From positions 372,001 to 436,000 of the forward strand of contig JADEYG010000012.1 in assembly GCA_016906335.1 (NCBI GenBank): DNA of 64,000 nt. The letters run 5' to 3'. How positions within the stretch are numbered: the stretch's first letter is position 1; each line of letters opens with the position of its first letter. The notes under the pieces were generated by a model. It saw only the letters and a program-made list of their open reading frames with translations, was not told the DNA's origin and searched no databases. A program made the position numbers and the translations under genes. This document shows, piece by piece, positions 40,334 through 53,137 of the stretch. Origin of the DNA: Novakomyces olei. Taxonomy: Eukaryota.

Positions 40334-40856
40334 CAATTGTGCGAGATAATGCTGAAAAAGCCTTGGAATAGAAATATAATTGAAACAAATAGCCAAACGA
40401 GACAAGGGATAACGATAAAGTGGCGCTTGTGAGAAAAAGTGCGTCGGCAGTTGTATAGCAAATCAATCATTAAAAGGTGAGATTCGTGAAATCAGCATTA
40501 ATAATATCAGAGACGTAAATAGAATTAATTATATAATGGTATTTTCGAAGGCAGTGAGTATGTGTAGAAATCATTGGCGCTTCAAGTGATAAGAAAACAG
40601 TTGTAATGGCCTTTGTTCCGGTAAATAGACGGAGCCTTTGCTCATGGTTGTCAAGCGTATTAAAGTTCGATTGCATGACCGGGTATAAAAACAAAATAAT
40701 AATCAGTAATACAATAACCGAATATCGATAAACAAATAAATAAATAAAAGGACTGCTATTAGTATTGATGACGATTGAATAGCAATACATTCATGAGCAA
40801 GCAAAATAAGGCAAACCGAGCCTCGAAGGTTCCGCTGTTTCAAACCTCTTCTGTGC

Positions 40857-43800
40857 TCACATAAAAGGCGTATCCGGTATCAACCGGGTCAAAGTCGCTC
40901 TGGCTTCACGCAGCAATTCCCATCGGCAATTTGCCAGACTGGCTCTAACAGCGACAAGTAAATTACCATTCAAATTACCGCCGATAACACCGATAGCGGA
41001 AGAGTTTCCGGTCTCAGTGAGCATATGATGCACGTAATCTTCAGCAGTAAAATAAGAAAACCCTGGCTGAGGCAATTGCTGTTCCCCTTCAAAGACCTTT
41101 CCGTACCCCCAAACGACGAGAGTCGCCAAGTAAAGCGCCCAAGCTCGGACGGGAACATGATCTTGGGCTGCGCGATAAGAGACTCCACCAAAAAGCACTT
41201 CTTTTATAACCATAAGTGCCTGATAAACGGCAGGTTTTGCGTCTGCAGAGTTGCACCAGGCCATAATACGAGCACGCGCATTATAGACCTCTGACTGGCT
41301 CTGTGCACGGCCGAGTAATGATGGAGCTCCAGCTAGGGTATGAAAGTCAAAGATATTTGTCGACAATGAGATAAGAGCTATTCGGTGAAGTGCATGGCTC
41401 GCCTCCAATGGGCTCTGTGGAGTCATATAGTACAAGCGGAAAGACCAATTGTACCATGATTGAATAGCATTCTCTAATGATTTTCTTATGTCATCTGGAA
41501 GACCTGTATTCTGTGGATGTCGCAGCTGATTTACAGACGCGGAGAAGGAAAAATCGCCGAGCTCGCGCAGTCTTGTATGGTCATTCAAGCTCATAAGCCC
41601 ATGAAGCAAACAGAACCGGGAAAATGCACTCAGATAATCGGGAAGAGGCTGATTATTTACGAGTCTTTTCAGACAAAGCAAAAACGAAGGTGGCTCAGCT
41701 GCCTGGCGAACACTTGACTGCCAGTCTTGTACGGTTTTTGCGTTCCAAACTGCCTCGTCACAGGGCAACATTAGGTTTATATCATTCACGTTCAATGCTG
41801 GTAAATGTCCAAATATTGCGCAATGCTGAGCATCCATAGCAAAAGCAAAAAATGCTGTTCTCTTTGAGGCTTCCGCCTCGATCCATTGCTGCCATTTAAG
41901 TTCGAGTGAAGTAGATTCACCATTGACTTTGGATGCCTGTTCGTTATAAGCGGATCCGCGGCGCATTAACTAGATATTAGAAACTGCTAATTATAATCAA
42001 AATTAAATTAAATTAAATTAAATTAAATTAAATTAAATTAAATAAATTTAAAACCTTTTTTTATAAGATTTCAAACTAATGATACAGAATAAAGCATTGA
42101 ATACATATCGAATAAATAATTAGACAAATCAAAAACAAATCAAAAATATTGCAGTTATACCGTAATAATTGATCCATGAAAGATATGTGATAAATGGTAA
42201 TGCCGTCGAGTCGAGAACGTCTTTTCAAACACTTGCATAATGAGCAAAGTTTGCAAGATATATAATTCAGCAGGCGGCTCAAAATCTTCAGAGTCAAAAA
42301 TAAGCAGCCGCAATTTATCGTGTATTTTCCGGCTAGTTTCGTATCTCTCTTCGTCGCCGTGTAGAGTAGAGCCGAGGGTGACAATACTTATTAGCAATAA
42401 AGCAGGAATTTTTGAAGGATCGCAAGTGGGCGCGTGCAGTATGGGAAATTGGGGGTGATAATAATTGAAGTAGAGGTCAAACATTTGTGAAATATTAACA
42501 ACATCAAAGAAAGAGTTTGTTATATCCGGTATAACCGTCCTTAGGCATCGCAGCATATTCTCCCGGGCAGTGATCCACTGACTCGTCGAGTAGGACGCTG
42601 AAGTGGGCAAGACTGTGCCCGATTGTTGCTGTACAAAAGTATAAGGAATACGGTACGTTGCTGCTGTTGCTAATGCGTCTATATTAGACTTTGACTCGGA
42701 CATTGTTGGCAAAAGAGGTTGCTCGTAACCGAACTTTGACCCGCTCTTTGCTGCCTGTTTTTGATCATCAAACTGTAGAGCAAGACTGCGGTTGCTTTGC
42801 TGATTATTTGCAGTTCCCCCAGGCACATTCTTCGCCGGCTGGTATATGGGTAAAGGCCCTCTTTCACGTGCAGAATGAGGGTGTGGATGAAAAGGAGGAG
42901 AAGTGTCCCTGTTACCTTCAAACATCCAACTCCCACTTGTTAGAGGCACATGCTCATGCTCATTATTAGCCGGAGATTTGTTAAACAGTGGAGTTGAGTG
43001 GAAAGTAGAGTGGTCTTGCAGATTTATACGGTCGTGTATACTCTGACGATGCTGTTGCAAATCAGTAAATGATCTCATCCCGGGCAGCTGCTGATTGGAA
43101 AGGTTTGGAGGCTGATAAGGATCAGATAATTCTCCATGCGGAGGCGCCTGCGAAAATGCACTTGCCGGGTGAGGCGGAGCTGCTGCCGCTGTCGGTGTTG
43201 CTGAGCCAGTATGAGGAAACTGAGGATTCGGGAAATTTAATCGAGGTTCAGGAGTGTAAGCATAATCGATTGAAGCCGGTGTCATTGATGTATTAGGCTC
43301 GAGAAACGGTCGCATGTGATGATTGCTGTTGTCGTTGTTTGTTGTACTATTGCTCTGATTACTGTTGTGGTTTTTATTGTGATTTTTGTTATGGTTTTTA
43401 TTGTTATTATTCCCTGTCCAGGTGCCCGTAGGTGTTTGTTCCTGTTGCGGTACATGGCTGGCTAGAGCTTCAGGATGTAATTTATCGTTGATTCTATCGC
43501 CCGTAACCCTTTCATCAATCTCGTGATTATGAAGGGCTGTGTGCGTTGAATCCAGTCTAGAGCTTGAAGAGGCTCTCGGACTCGAAGTTGAAACTGCCGC
43601 GTAACTGTTGCTCGGAGTCAGTTCAGGACCACGAGTGCGTTCTTGAGTCTGACTGACTGAGGCGAGCCCTTCATTCGAGGCAGAACTATTGCTCAGAAAC
43701 TGATAAGTAGGATACAGAGCATCGGAAGAGCCGTGGCCAACAGGTCCAGGATTGGGAGCAGCAGCATCAACAGTGTTACTCACTAACGATCCGGGAGTAC

Positions 43801-44592
43801 TTGTGCTTGGAGCCGGAGTAGGCCCGGTTGAGGACATGTCAACAATCCTATGTGGACCTTTAGAAATGAGTCCTCCGGGAGTGAGTGAAGACGACTCCTT
43901 ACTGTCGCTATCACTGCCACCAGCGCCGGCACTTGAGCTTACATGCTCTAAAGCAGCAGCTGCTGCTGCTGCTACAGAATCCTCGTCTTGATCGTCGGGA
44001 TACTGGATGATTTGGGATTCGATAATGCCTCCTGTTTTCCTGTACCACATTCCATTATCATGCCGTTTCTGGTGCCGTTCGAGTAAGTCGCGCCGTACAA
44101 ACTTCTTGGGGCATTGCGGGCACTGAAAGATTTGCTTAGGCTGGTCTGGTTGAATTAGTATAACCCGGTCGATGCGTATAATTGAGAGTAATAAAAGATA
44201 ATAATAAAAAGAAAGCCACGTTAAAGGCACCAATCTGAGGCAGGCCAGAGTAATTAATTAATGCAAATGTGAATAAAGATATGCCAAAGTATAAACAAAG
44301 AAATGCTAAAGCAAAAAACCCTAAAGCAAAAGATGGTCAAGCAAACTATAGTAAAGCAAAGAAATGGTAAAAGCGCTGTCAGACCGCAAGATCAGCAGTA
44401 GCGTGTTGTGGGAGAAAGAATCCCTGCACTCTAAAATAACGGGCAAAGCAAGCAAAAGCTAAAAAGAGCCATACGATTAAGCCGGTGCCGTGCGAGATGC
44501 TCTGATCGCAAGAACGCCTTTCCGCAGCCTGGCACTCTGCAAATATAATTGCGAGGTCTGTCTGATTCGAGGCTCTTGCGAACCGCAGGCAT
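40857..44592 (-). CDS. Two-finger C2H2 transcription factor with a fungal-specific TF domain (Klf1/Zas1/Rsf2-type architecture); 3 exons
   Basis: Exon 1 YICRVPGCGKAFLRSEHLARHRLN|H; exon 2 FQCPQCPKKFVRRDLLERHQKRH, N/Q/H-rich linker and YFNYYHPQFPILHAPT; exon 3 WQQWIEAEASKR and LPCDEAVWNA. Confidence 0.88.
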
Positions 44593-46809
44593 GCCTTCTT
44601 TTATGTTTGAGTGGGTGGGTATAAATCAGGGTAGAGACCAAAGGAATAGCAGTAACACTCAGTCGTCGAGAAACGGTCTGGCAAAAATTGTTCAAGCAGG
44701 CAGAGAAACCGTCCCGGCGGGCCCGTTCGCCCAACTACTCACCAAGGCCCACACGGACCAAAGACGAAAAAATGGACAGATCACTTTTGGCTAGCGTGGA
44801 GGGCGTTTTTAATAGTGGATTTTGTACTGTGCGTTTTATGTAATATATGCGTGGGTCACAAATTTGCGTGGATATGTATGAAATAAGCATATGATTGATA
44901 TTCACGTTTATGTATGGCTGATTGTAGCTCGAGGCGCTCATAATACGTACGTAACAAGTACTGTATTTTCTCCTGGCTTCAATCCTTGGTTCATGGTGAA
45001 CATAGTCGGCACGGTTCCGCACTTTGGCTCTTGCATTGCTTCTGGGCTGATCGTCCGCATGAGCTGCCATCATTGCAAACTCCCTCTTGAATCTGCAACC
45101 TGCTATTTTCGATAATGCCTGTGGGCTGCGTGGGCGGGCAGAGCCCACTCTTGTGAATACATATGTAAACATTTTCCTTTTATTACATGCTTTACATAAT
45201 ACACTCTATATTATTCTGTATACGCAGCTGAGCACACAAGTATCGTTCCACGCACGAGTCCAGAGCATTTCAGTTAGTCATTTACGTAGTCGCAGCGGCA
45301 GCACGAGTCCACATCCATGGAGATGTATAGACGGGACCGCTTGGACGAAACCAGCTTTCTGCCAATAAACAGACTGAGTGTATACGGAGGACTATGTTTA
45401 AAACTTGCTCGTTCTCAATGGCTTCATACGCTTTTCCATTCACTATCTTTAATCATTCCAACTCGTCTCCATTCTGGTACACTCTTACTTAAACCCATTT
45501 TGTGAACACTCGTCGTCTTGAGCGGGAGGACAGCTCAGCGCCCGCCCACTCATCGCTACGTTGCGTGGGTAGTCGATGGGATAATTAAAAAAAGAAAAAG
45601 TAATTCTCTGTACAAGGACGCCAAGCAGAAAATTAAGGTACTAAATCGACATAATCTCAACGCTCCGAGCCCGAACCTAATTCGTCCCGTTTTCTAATGC
45701 CATAGTCGGCGTGTGCCTTATCGGCACACGCCAACCATATGCGATATTCGGCTGTCTACCGGGCATGTACAAGAAATGTAATAAGTTTATAAAGTGATTT
45801 TTGTCCACTAGTGTGCAGGGAACAGCCAAGTTGTCAAATGGGCTGGTTAGTATAGACATCAAAGGAAATTGAAGGCCACAGCAGCCCGTTCAGCACGATC
45901 ACGCTTCTTTTGGGCCGCCGTAGGAAAGTACTTATATATTTACGCAGGCAGACTTGGGCCCTGAAAATTTTATTATTCGTTGCCGGGCGCTGACCTGGAT
46001 CCAAGATTCTGGACTAGCCGTACCAAGGGCCAATAAGATGAAAAAGGCTGAGTATATTAAAACAAAAAAAATTGCAAATCTAGATTCAAAATCCCAGCTG
46101 GCAGAGTAATAATTGCCATCATCATTGTAATCCAAACGTGCTAGCGACACACGCAAAGGCTCGTATCTTGTACCGAGTCTCGTACTGAGCCTCGGCTTCA
46201 TACGTTACATCGACACTTTTCCTTTATTTTTATAAAGGCCTAGCCTTGTTACATTATTATTCATACGCTTCAACCTTTGTAGCCTATATATAAATGTCAA
46301 TTGTGGTCCATTGAAAGGAAAACAATTAAATACTCGGTACAAATCACTCGTGGATCTATATATTGTTTTAATCATTATTACGGTGGCAGGTAATATGGTG
46401 TAAAGCCAAAATACCGACCGGCCCACCGTTCTCCACTCTGCAATCCAGCGAGAAAGCGATAATAAATTAAAAACAAGCGACAGCGAATCTACAAGTCTCG
46501 CCATTTGGTGACGGCGGCTGACCTGGGCTTCCTTAATTTTGCTGCGCGTACTCTTTCCGGCTCCTCATTACCCTCAAGTGCCCACTGCCTCGTGCCGAGC
46601 GCTGTCTTTTTTCAAATCTCGCCAGGGCTCAGAGGCTTATTTGTATTACCGAGACTTCGTCTTTTACTATTACAAGAGTCGGCAGTGGAATAAAGAGCCT
46701 TTTTGCCTTAATTTTCGAGAGATCAAAACAACACTAGTATCGGAACAGAACGGCTTGCTTCGCGAAAGGGCCAAACCCCTAAAGGGTTTGCATGCATTTT
46801 TGATTCTAC

Positions 46810-49423
46810 ATGGACGATCTGCCTCATCTACAGATCGTATTGTACTCGAAAACTCTGCCGTGCGGCCTTCAAGGGTATGGACCCATTTCGCCCTCTGACG
46901 CGGGAGAAAAGGCGCACTTTGAGCTTGCACAGTTTTCGCTGAAAGGAATCATTAACGATCTTCACGGATTGAATTATATAGGTCCTGATACTGCACGAAC
47001 ACTAATGGAAACTTCTTTTACCCTTTCATCGGAACAGGATTCGCTTTTAAGGACATTATTAACTGTCGCCTCTAAGGGTAAGGCTATTTATCATCTGCCT
47101 ATTTTGACATTTAAATTAATAAAATATTATTACTCTTTTTTTTAAAAATTTTAGAGTCGACCAGCTAATCCATTGTGTTTATTCTGTCCCCTAATATTTG
47201 TCTGAGTCTACCTTTTCCAATATCTTGAAACTTTTTTAGTTTTCCCATTTTTCCGTGGTTTACAAGACTTTATTCTAATTGCTAGTATACGCTACTGGCT
47301 CATTAGAAGCCTGCCAGATTCTGGCGCAGTTACGGAAACGGGTACAGCAGCATGGTATAGTCTTTTTATGCGAGATCCAAATCGATCCGGCTACACGAGG
47401 TTCCTTTGATCTTACGGAGAGCGAAATTGCTTTTGTCCAGCAGCTGGTGGAATCCCTTTTATCCTTCCCCTTCGTGGATAACTATGTTGTCGTTATGATC
47501 AGCAGGGGCGAAAGTAATGCTCGATGCTCGTACGCCAGTTGCCGAACCTTGTACGAACTGGGGGTGGTTGATATCGTGTATCGACCAAGTACTGATTTAG
47601 TCCAATCTCTAGCTCTTGCCTACGTAAAGGCCGCCTCCAATCGGAGGCCTGTTGCTCTGCAAAAGCTTGTGGCACAGAGGAAGAAGGGATTTGATATGGA
47701 GTATGGAAGTGGGAGGACGAGCGCTCAACTTTCCTTGGCCGACCGGCTTAGACAGAGAGCTTGTGCTTCTGATTCAATGGTATCACGACTGTTTGATCTT
47801 TATGTCTGTGATGAATCTCTCAAGAGTATCATTAGCTATATCACTGTACCAGCAATGCCTCCCAGTATTGATTTCGTTGAAATAGAGCCGGCGAGACTCG
47901 CTTTGCTCCTGCAGCAATTCAACAGCTGGCGGTTCGAGAGTTACTTATTCACTACGGAAGAGATGGTGTCCTTTGTATATATTTTTTTAAAATCTGTTTT
48001 GGGCCGGGAGGAGATGCAAGGTGGTGATATAAAGAACCGGCCGGACGACAATGCTTTAAAGCAGTTTGTCTATGTTTTAAGAAACTCATATTTTGAGGAT
48101 AATCCGTTCCATAATTTTCGGCATGCCTTTGACGTTACACAAGCCTGCTGGGCCATGCTGGTCCAGATTGGCGTAGTACGGGCTTTAGACTTGCCCTCGG
48201 AGTCATTCGCCAACGCAGTGGACGAGCACGACTTTACCCGTTCAAGACCAGAGTCTCAAGAGCTGAAATACGCAGCGGCCTTTGCTCAGGGCGAGAAGTT
48301 GCGCAGTGTAATTAGATCTGATCAGGTAATATGCCTGCTTATTGCAGCTCTGGGCCACGATACAGCTCACCCTGGAGTAACAAACTCCTTTTTAATTGCC
48401 TCTAAAGCTCCTCTGGCTCAAATCTATTGCCATCGATCCGTACTGGAGAGCTTCCATGCCGTTTGCCTTACACAAACCTTGGACTCTTTCTGGCCTCTTC
48501 TTCCGGGGGAGGCAAGACGTATGATTGTGGAGATGATTTTTGCCACGGATATGGAGATGCATTTTGAAAACATCTCCCGCTTTCAGCATATCTCTGAACT
48601 AGCAAAGAAGTTTAAAGGCCTGGAGAATATTACGGGCCGGATCGGGACTGATCACGGGCTGCTTTTGTGCTGCCTCATCCTTAAGTGCGCGGATATATCA
48701 AACGTTTCGAGGGACCACGAAACGTCAAGACGTTGGGTGGGAAGGTTCATGGAAGAATCGCGGATTCAAGCGTTGTTGGAGCGCGAAATGGGATTTCCCA
48801 GTGGGCCTTTGCTCTACTTTAACTCTGAAGAAGTGAATATTCCGGACTGCCAGTTAGGTTTTATTAAAATGGTAGGACTGCCACTGTTTAACGTCTTGGC
48901 ACAGATATTCCCAGCGCTGCAATCGGTCCTGGACGGGGTCTACGTGAATAGGCAAATATGGCGGCAGCAAAGCCAGTCTTTGAACCGGAAAAAGACGGGC
49001 AGCAGTGGGGCTGTAGGGAGTGAGACTCCTTTGCACGAAGAAAGCAATAGCCGACTAGACCATGACCAGGGGCAGGAGGCAGAGAAAGTATCGAGCCAAG
49101 GGGAATTGAATCAGGAACAAACAGCCTTAGATTTTACATCTTTTTCTGCAAGTCGCAGCCAAAGCCGGGGAGACGCTTGCCCGCCTTTGTCTGCTGCTGA
49201 TGATAAAAAGCCTGGTGATAAAGTCTCCATGCCCTTTTCCGAGGCAGATTCTGGTGAAGAAGAGGAGCCGCTTTCCTCGCTTGACAGTGCAGTAAAGTCT
49301 TACTGGCTGAAACTTGCCTTGCACAAGGCGGAAAGGATCAAGGCGATACCTGTGGCCACCATTGACGGCGACGATAGCAACAATGAAGCTGATGATTATA
49401 ACGGCAATGATGATACTGGATGA
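46810..49423 (+). CDS. PDE2: Class I high-affinity cAMP phosphodiesterase (Pde2/PdeH-like); 2 exons
   Basis: NPFHNFRHAFDV, GHDTAHPGVTN, SVLESFH, ATDM and LKCADISN motifs. Intron 47078-47285 joins the 46810 ORF in frame. Confidence 0.9.
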
Positions 49424-49827
49424 TGATAATGAATGATATAATGCGAAATGATAATGGATGAAAGGTTACTGTTATATTGTTTTATTTATTGATTTTTGGT
49501 TTCGCTTTATTCTAATTGTAAGCGTTAAAGCACATGGAAATCTAAGTCTGCTCTCATGGGGTTATACTTATATAGTTTTCAAATCATTATATTATATTTA
49601 TGTTGTCTAGCTTTTCGTATTAAACAATGAAATTCACGGAAGACTATAAACCGTCAAGCACTAGCGTTTGGAATTTTGGGATCAGTTTCGTCAGTTTACT
49701 AATTAATGATTTTAACTCTTTCTCAGTTTTTTATTTTTTTTTCTTGGGAATCTTTGCATTATCAAGAGAGAATTAATTAGCCTCGGTCTTCCTGCAGTCT
49801 TGTAGTTTTAAATTCGACATGACAGTA

Positions 49828-49865
49828 GCTGAGACGAAAGTCGCTGAGACGAAAGTCGCTGAGAC
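49828..49865. repeat. 15-bp tandem repeat (GCTGAGACGAAAGTC) x2.5
   Basis: Exact direct repeats in the convergent PDE2/SOL intergenic region. Confidence 0.9.
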
Positions 49866-50125
49866 CGCTTGATTTTATCAGAGATAACTACAGGCCATTT
49901 AGAGGTTCAGTATAGGCGGAGAATGAGTATTTATATTGCAATGCATGTAAAGCCAAAATATTGCCACAATTTTCAAGGCTCAAACAGATGGAAGTAACAG
50001 AATAATGGTAAATTATATACCCCTGACACATCGGCCTATGTATATATAATCTACTGCTAAATCCATTCCTTAGACCCAAACTACCAAGGCTAAGAAAACA
50101 ATATACAAGCGTATTAACCCTAAAC

Positions 50126-51209
50126 TTAAAGCCTAAATTCCGACTTCAAGGACGCTGAGAGCAACTGGCTCGCGGCATCATCGACGAACCAAGTAACCTT
50201 ATCGCCCAGACCTTGGTTGACCAAAGAGCAAGGGAGTTCTCCGTCCGTATCAGAAAAAATTTTCTGTATGATCTCTTGCTTTCCCTCTCCAGTAGCAACA
50301 AAAGCTGCTTTTAGTGCGTGAGTAACAACGGGGAGAGTTAGAGTGATACGCCGAGGAGGCGGCTTTGGAGAGTCCGTTACCGGGGCAACCCAAGCAACAT
50401 CCTCATCCAATACTTCGTGTTTAGGGAACAATGAGCAAGTGTGCCCATCTTCACCACAGCCGAGTAGCAAAAGATCAAAAACGGGGAACTTTACAGAGTC
50501 GAGCCGGGCAAAAACCGTCACAAGCTGCTTTTCATAACTGTCCGCTATTTCCTGTGTGCTATCTTCAACGTCCAACAGACTCGTGTCCAGCGTATGAATA
50601 TTTTCACGTGGAATTCCAGGTTCAGGGAGTTTGGAGAAGAAAGCATCGCTCACCTGTTTGAAATTGCTTTCCGGATCGTCGAGCGGAACAGCGCGTTCGT
50701 CAGCGAAAAAGACTTGCCTGTAGGATAAATGTTAGTTTTAAAATTGGTAATTTAAAGAATAAGCTTGTCTTGTATATTCGAGACTACACGTCTTTAGAAA
50801 TAAATTCTTATAATTTAACCCAATTCGTCAGGGATGCTTTTTTTTTTTTAGCTTTTTTCTTGTTTTTATGTGCTTTCTTTCTTTTTGGTTTTTTTTTGGT
50901 GCATTTTTTGCCTTGTTCCCTTCCATTCCCCAACTCTTCCTGTCTCAACTCCCCCACTTTCCAACTCTTTCATAACCAGTTTCCTTGTCCATGAATTTGT
51001 AGCATTACAATCACGACTCACCATTTAGAATAGTCGATATCTGGGATGGTCGGCAGCACTTGGCCCAGTATTTTAGGGAGCGATCCGCCGCTAATGGCGA
51101 CCGTAAACTTGCCGTGTCTGTTTAGAGCAGATGCGTAGGCGTTTACAATGTACTTGGCCAAAGAGTCGGCCAGCTCTGATTTGTCCTTGAAGGAATGCAC
51201 AAACACCAT
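50126..51209 (-). CDS. SOL1: 6-phosphogluconolactonase (Sol1/Sol3 family); 2 exons
   Basis: ISGGSLP, FFADERAVP..DPESNF, FDLLLLGCGEDGHTCSLFP and DSPKPPPRRITLTLP motifs. Confidence 0.92.
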
Positions 51210-51486
51210 TGTCTGCGTTATCTTTTGACGTGTTATTTCCAAAGACAAAGTCAGGTTTGTTGCCGCCGTCACCGTTTCACCAACGTAATTAATACGTACG
51301 TTATTGCGATATGAAATGCGGTATTATAATACTAAATACAGTACTTTTATATGGTGCGGTACTGTAACTTACGCACATGTGGCTCCAGAATAGGGAAGAA
51401 TAGTTTAAAAGAATAGTTTAATATACGTAATACTGCGGCGAAGTCGGAATAATTTGTAGTAAATTTGTGCTACTTTGGGTTTAAGT

Positions 51487-51581
51487 TTAGGGTTAATCAA
51501 GAATATGGGGTGTCCTCTAGGGTTTACGGTTTACTTTGCTGTAGACAACTATTTATCCTGAATATTATCCCCTAACCCTAA
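51487..51581. promoter_or_regulatory. TTAGGG boxes upstream of SOL
   Basis: TTAGGGTTA 51487-51495 and CCCTAACCCTAA 51570-51581. Confidence 0.45.
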
Positions 51582-51841
51582 ACCGGTGACTGATATCTTT
51601 TTGTTGTTGGCGTATGGAGAATAATCAAGATTAATACCTATTAATGTATACCTCTTCACTGCGCAATCCAAATTTTGAAAGCTCGGCATCACTTGCAAAA
51701 CAAGCACCAAAAGATATGCGTTATTACAATAAATGAAATGTAAACCAAAGTGTCTAATTTCACATTTGATTATTGTCCAAGTAACAAAAACCACAACACT
51801 ATCTATTACATGTCTATTACGTGCTTTTGCTTTATCTTTTC

Positions 51842-53137
51842 CTACTTCTTCCGCGTCATTACCGTCTCTGCAAGCTGTTTCAAGGCGTCTCGAGCCTCGC
51901 TCGGAGGCAAAATATCCAATGCAGTCCTTGCCTTGTCCGCATAACTCTGAGCAAGATTTCGAGTCTGCTCAATCCCGTCTGACCGGGTCACCAAGTACCG
52001 GGCGCGTTCAACGTCACCAGATTCACTGAATTGCCGTTTTATCAAAGGTCCCAGTTCTGGGAACATTTGCCAGGCATAAAGAACGGGCCCCGTGGCCAAT
52101 CCAGCCGCCAGATCCGCGTTTGACGGCTTTCCAATATCATGAGCGGAATAGTCCAGTAAATCGTCCACCAGCTGACTGTTAGTATTCAAATAAGTAGATT
52201 TACAAATATGTCTTCATACCTGGAAAGCTAGGCCAAGATTACGGCCATAATCATAGGCTGCATCGACTACTGGAGCACTGCAATCACCTAATATAGCGGC
52301 TGCCCGACAGCTTTTTGCGATAAGACTAGCGGTTTTCAGGTACGTTTTTCGTAGATAGTACTCAAAAACATCATCAGACGGCCCGGTTACACTATCGCTG
52401 GCCGTGTTTTTCAACTGTAGAAACTCTCCTTCTACCAAATTTGCAATTACAGTCGAAAGAAGCTCCACGACTTCGCAATTGCGCAGCCGTGCTAATGCCT
52501 GTGAAGCTCGACCGAGTAAGAAATCTCCAGCCAGGATTGTTAGTTTGTTCCCATATACGATATGAGAAGTCGGCCGACTTCTTCTGGTCATCGACCCGTC
52601 TACCACGTCATCATGCAGCAGGGAAGCAGCATGAATCATTTCACTTATTTCTGCTAATCGACGCTGTGAAGGAAGAATACGAGCGTTTGTTTCCGTCGGC
52701 AATTCCGTGTTCAGAGAAGGGTTTACATCGTTGAGCACATTGTCTCGTGAAATTGGCTGATCAATGTTCTCTTTAGCATTTGAATATAGCTTTTGCTGAT
52801 TGGCTTTAGAGGTAGTTTCAGCCGTTGCTTTAGACATGAGGAGGACAAGAAGCGGCCGCAGATGTTTGCCTTCGCCTTGAATGTAGTACTTCGCCATTGT
52901 ATTGAGAGCCGAGTCTCGTGAGCCAATCATCTTGTGGATGGAGGCAGCGAGCCCTGCCATTTCCGGACCAACCAGCTTGAGCGGGTCAAATATTTGGTAA
53001 GCCGAGGCGGGTTCGGTCGGGTTTTCCGGCTCAATGATCCGAGCCGCTTGAGCCCGTGAAAGATAGGTACGTCTCCGTAGAGCAATTGCTGACGGGCGGT
53101 AATGCCGCCGGCATAGTGTCCATGTGTAGCGATGCAT
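51842..53137 (-). CDS. COQ1: Polyprenyl diphosphate synthase (Coq1/Dps1), mitochondrial; 2 exons
   Basis: GKHLRPLL, EMIHAASLLHDDVVD, LAGDFLLGRA, KTASL and FQ|LVDDLLD motifs; Arg-rich presequence. Confidence 0.93.

Noticed and set aside
49828-49880. Hammerhead ribozyme or TPP riboswitch (CTGAGA, GAAA motifs)
   Set aside because: It lacks the CUGANGA core with stems I-III and the TPP aptamer's conserved downstream elements; tandem duplication explains it.
50126-50140. Peroxisomal PTS1 on 6-phosphogluconolactonase (ends -FRL)
   Set aside because: Phe at -3 is outside the usual S/A/C consensus; not supportable from sequence alone.
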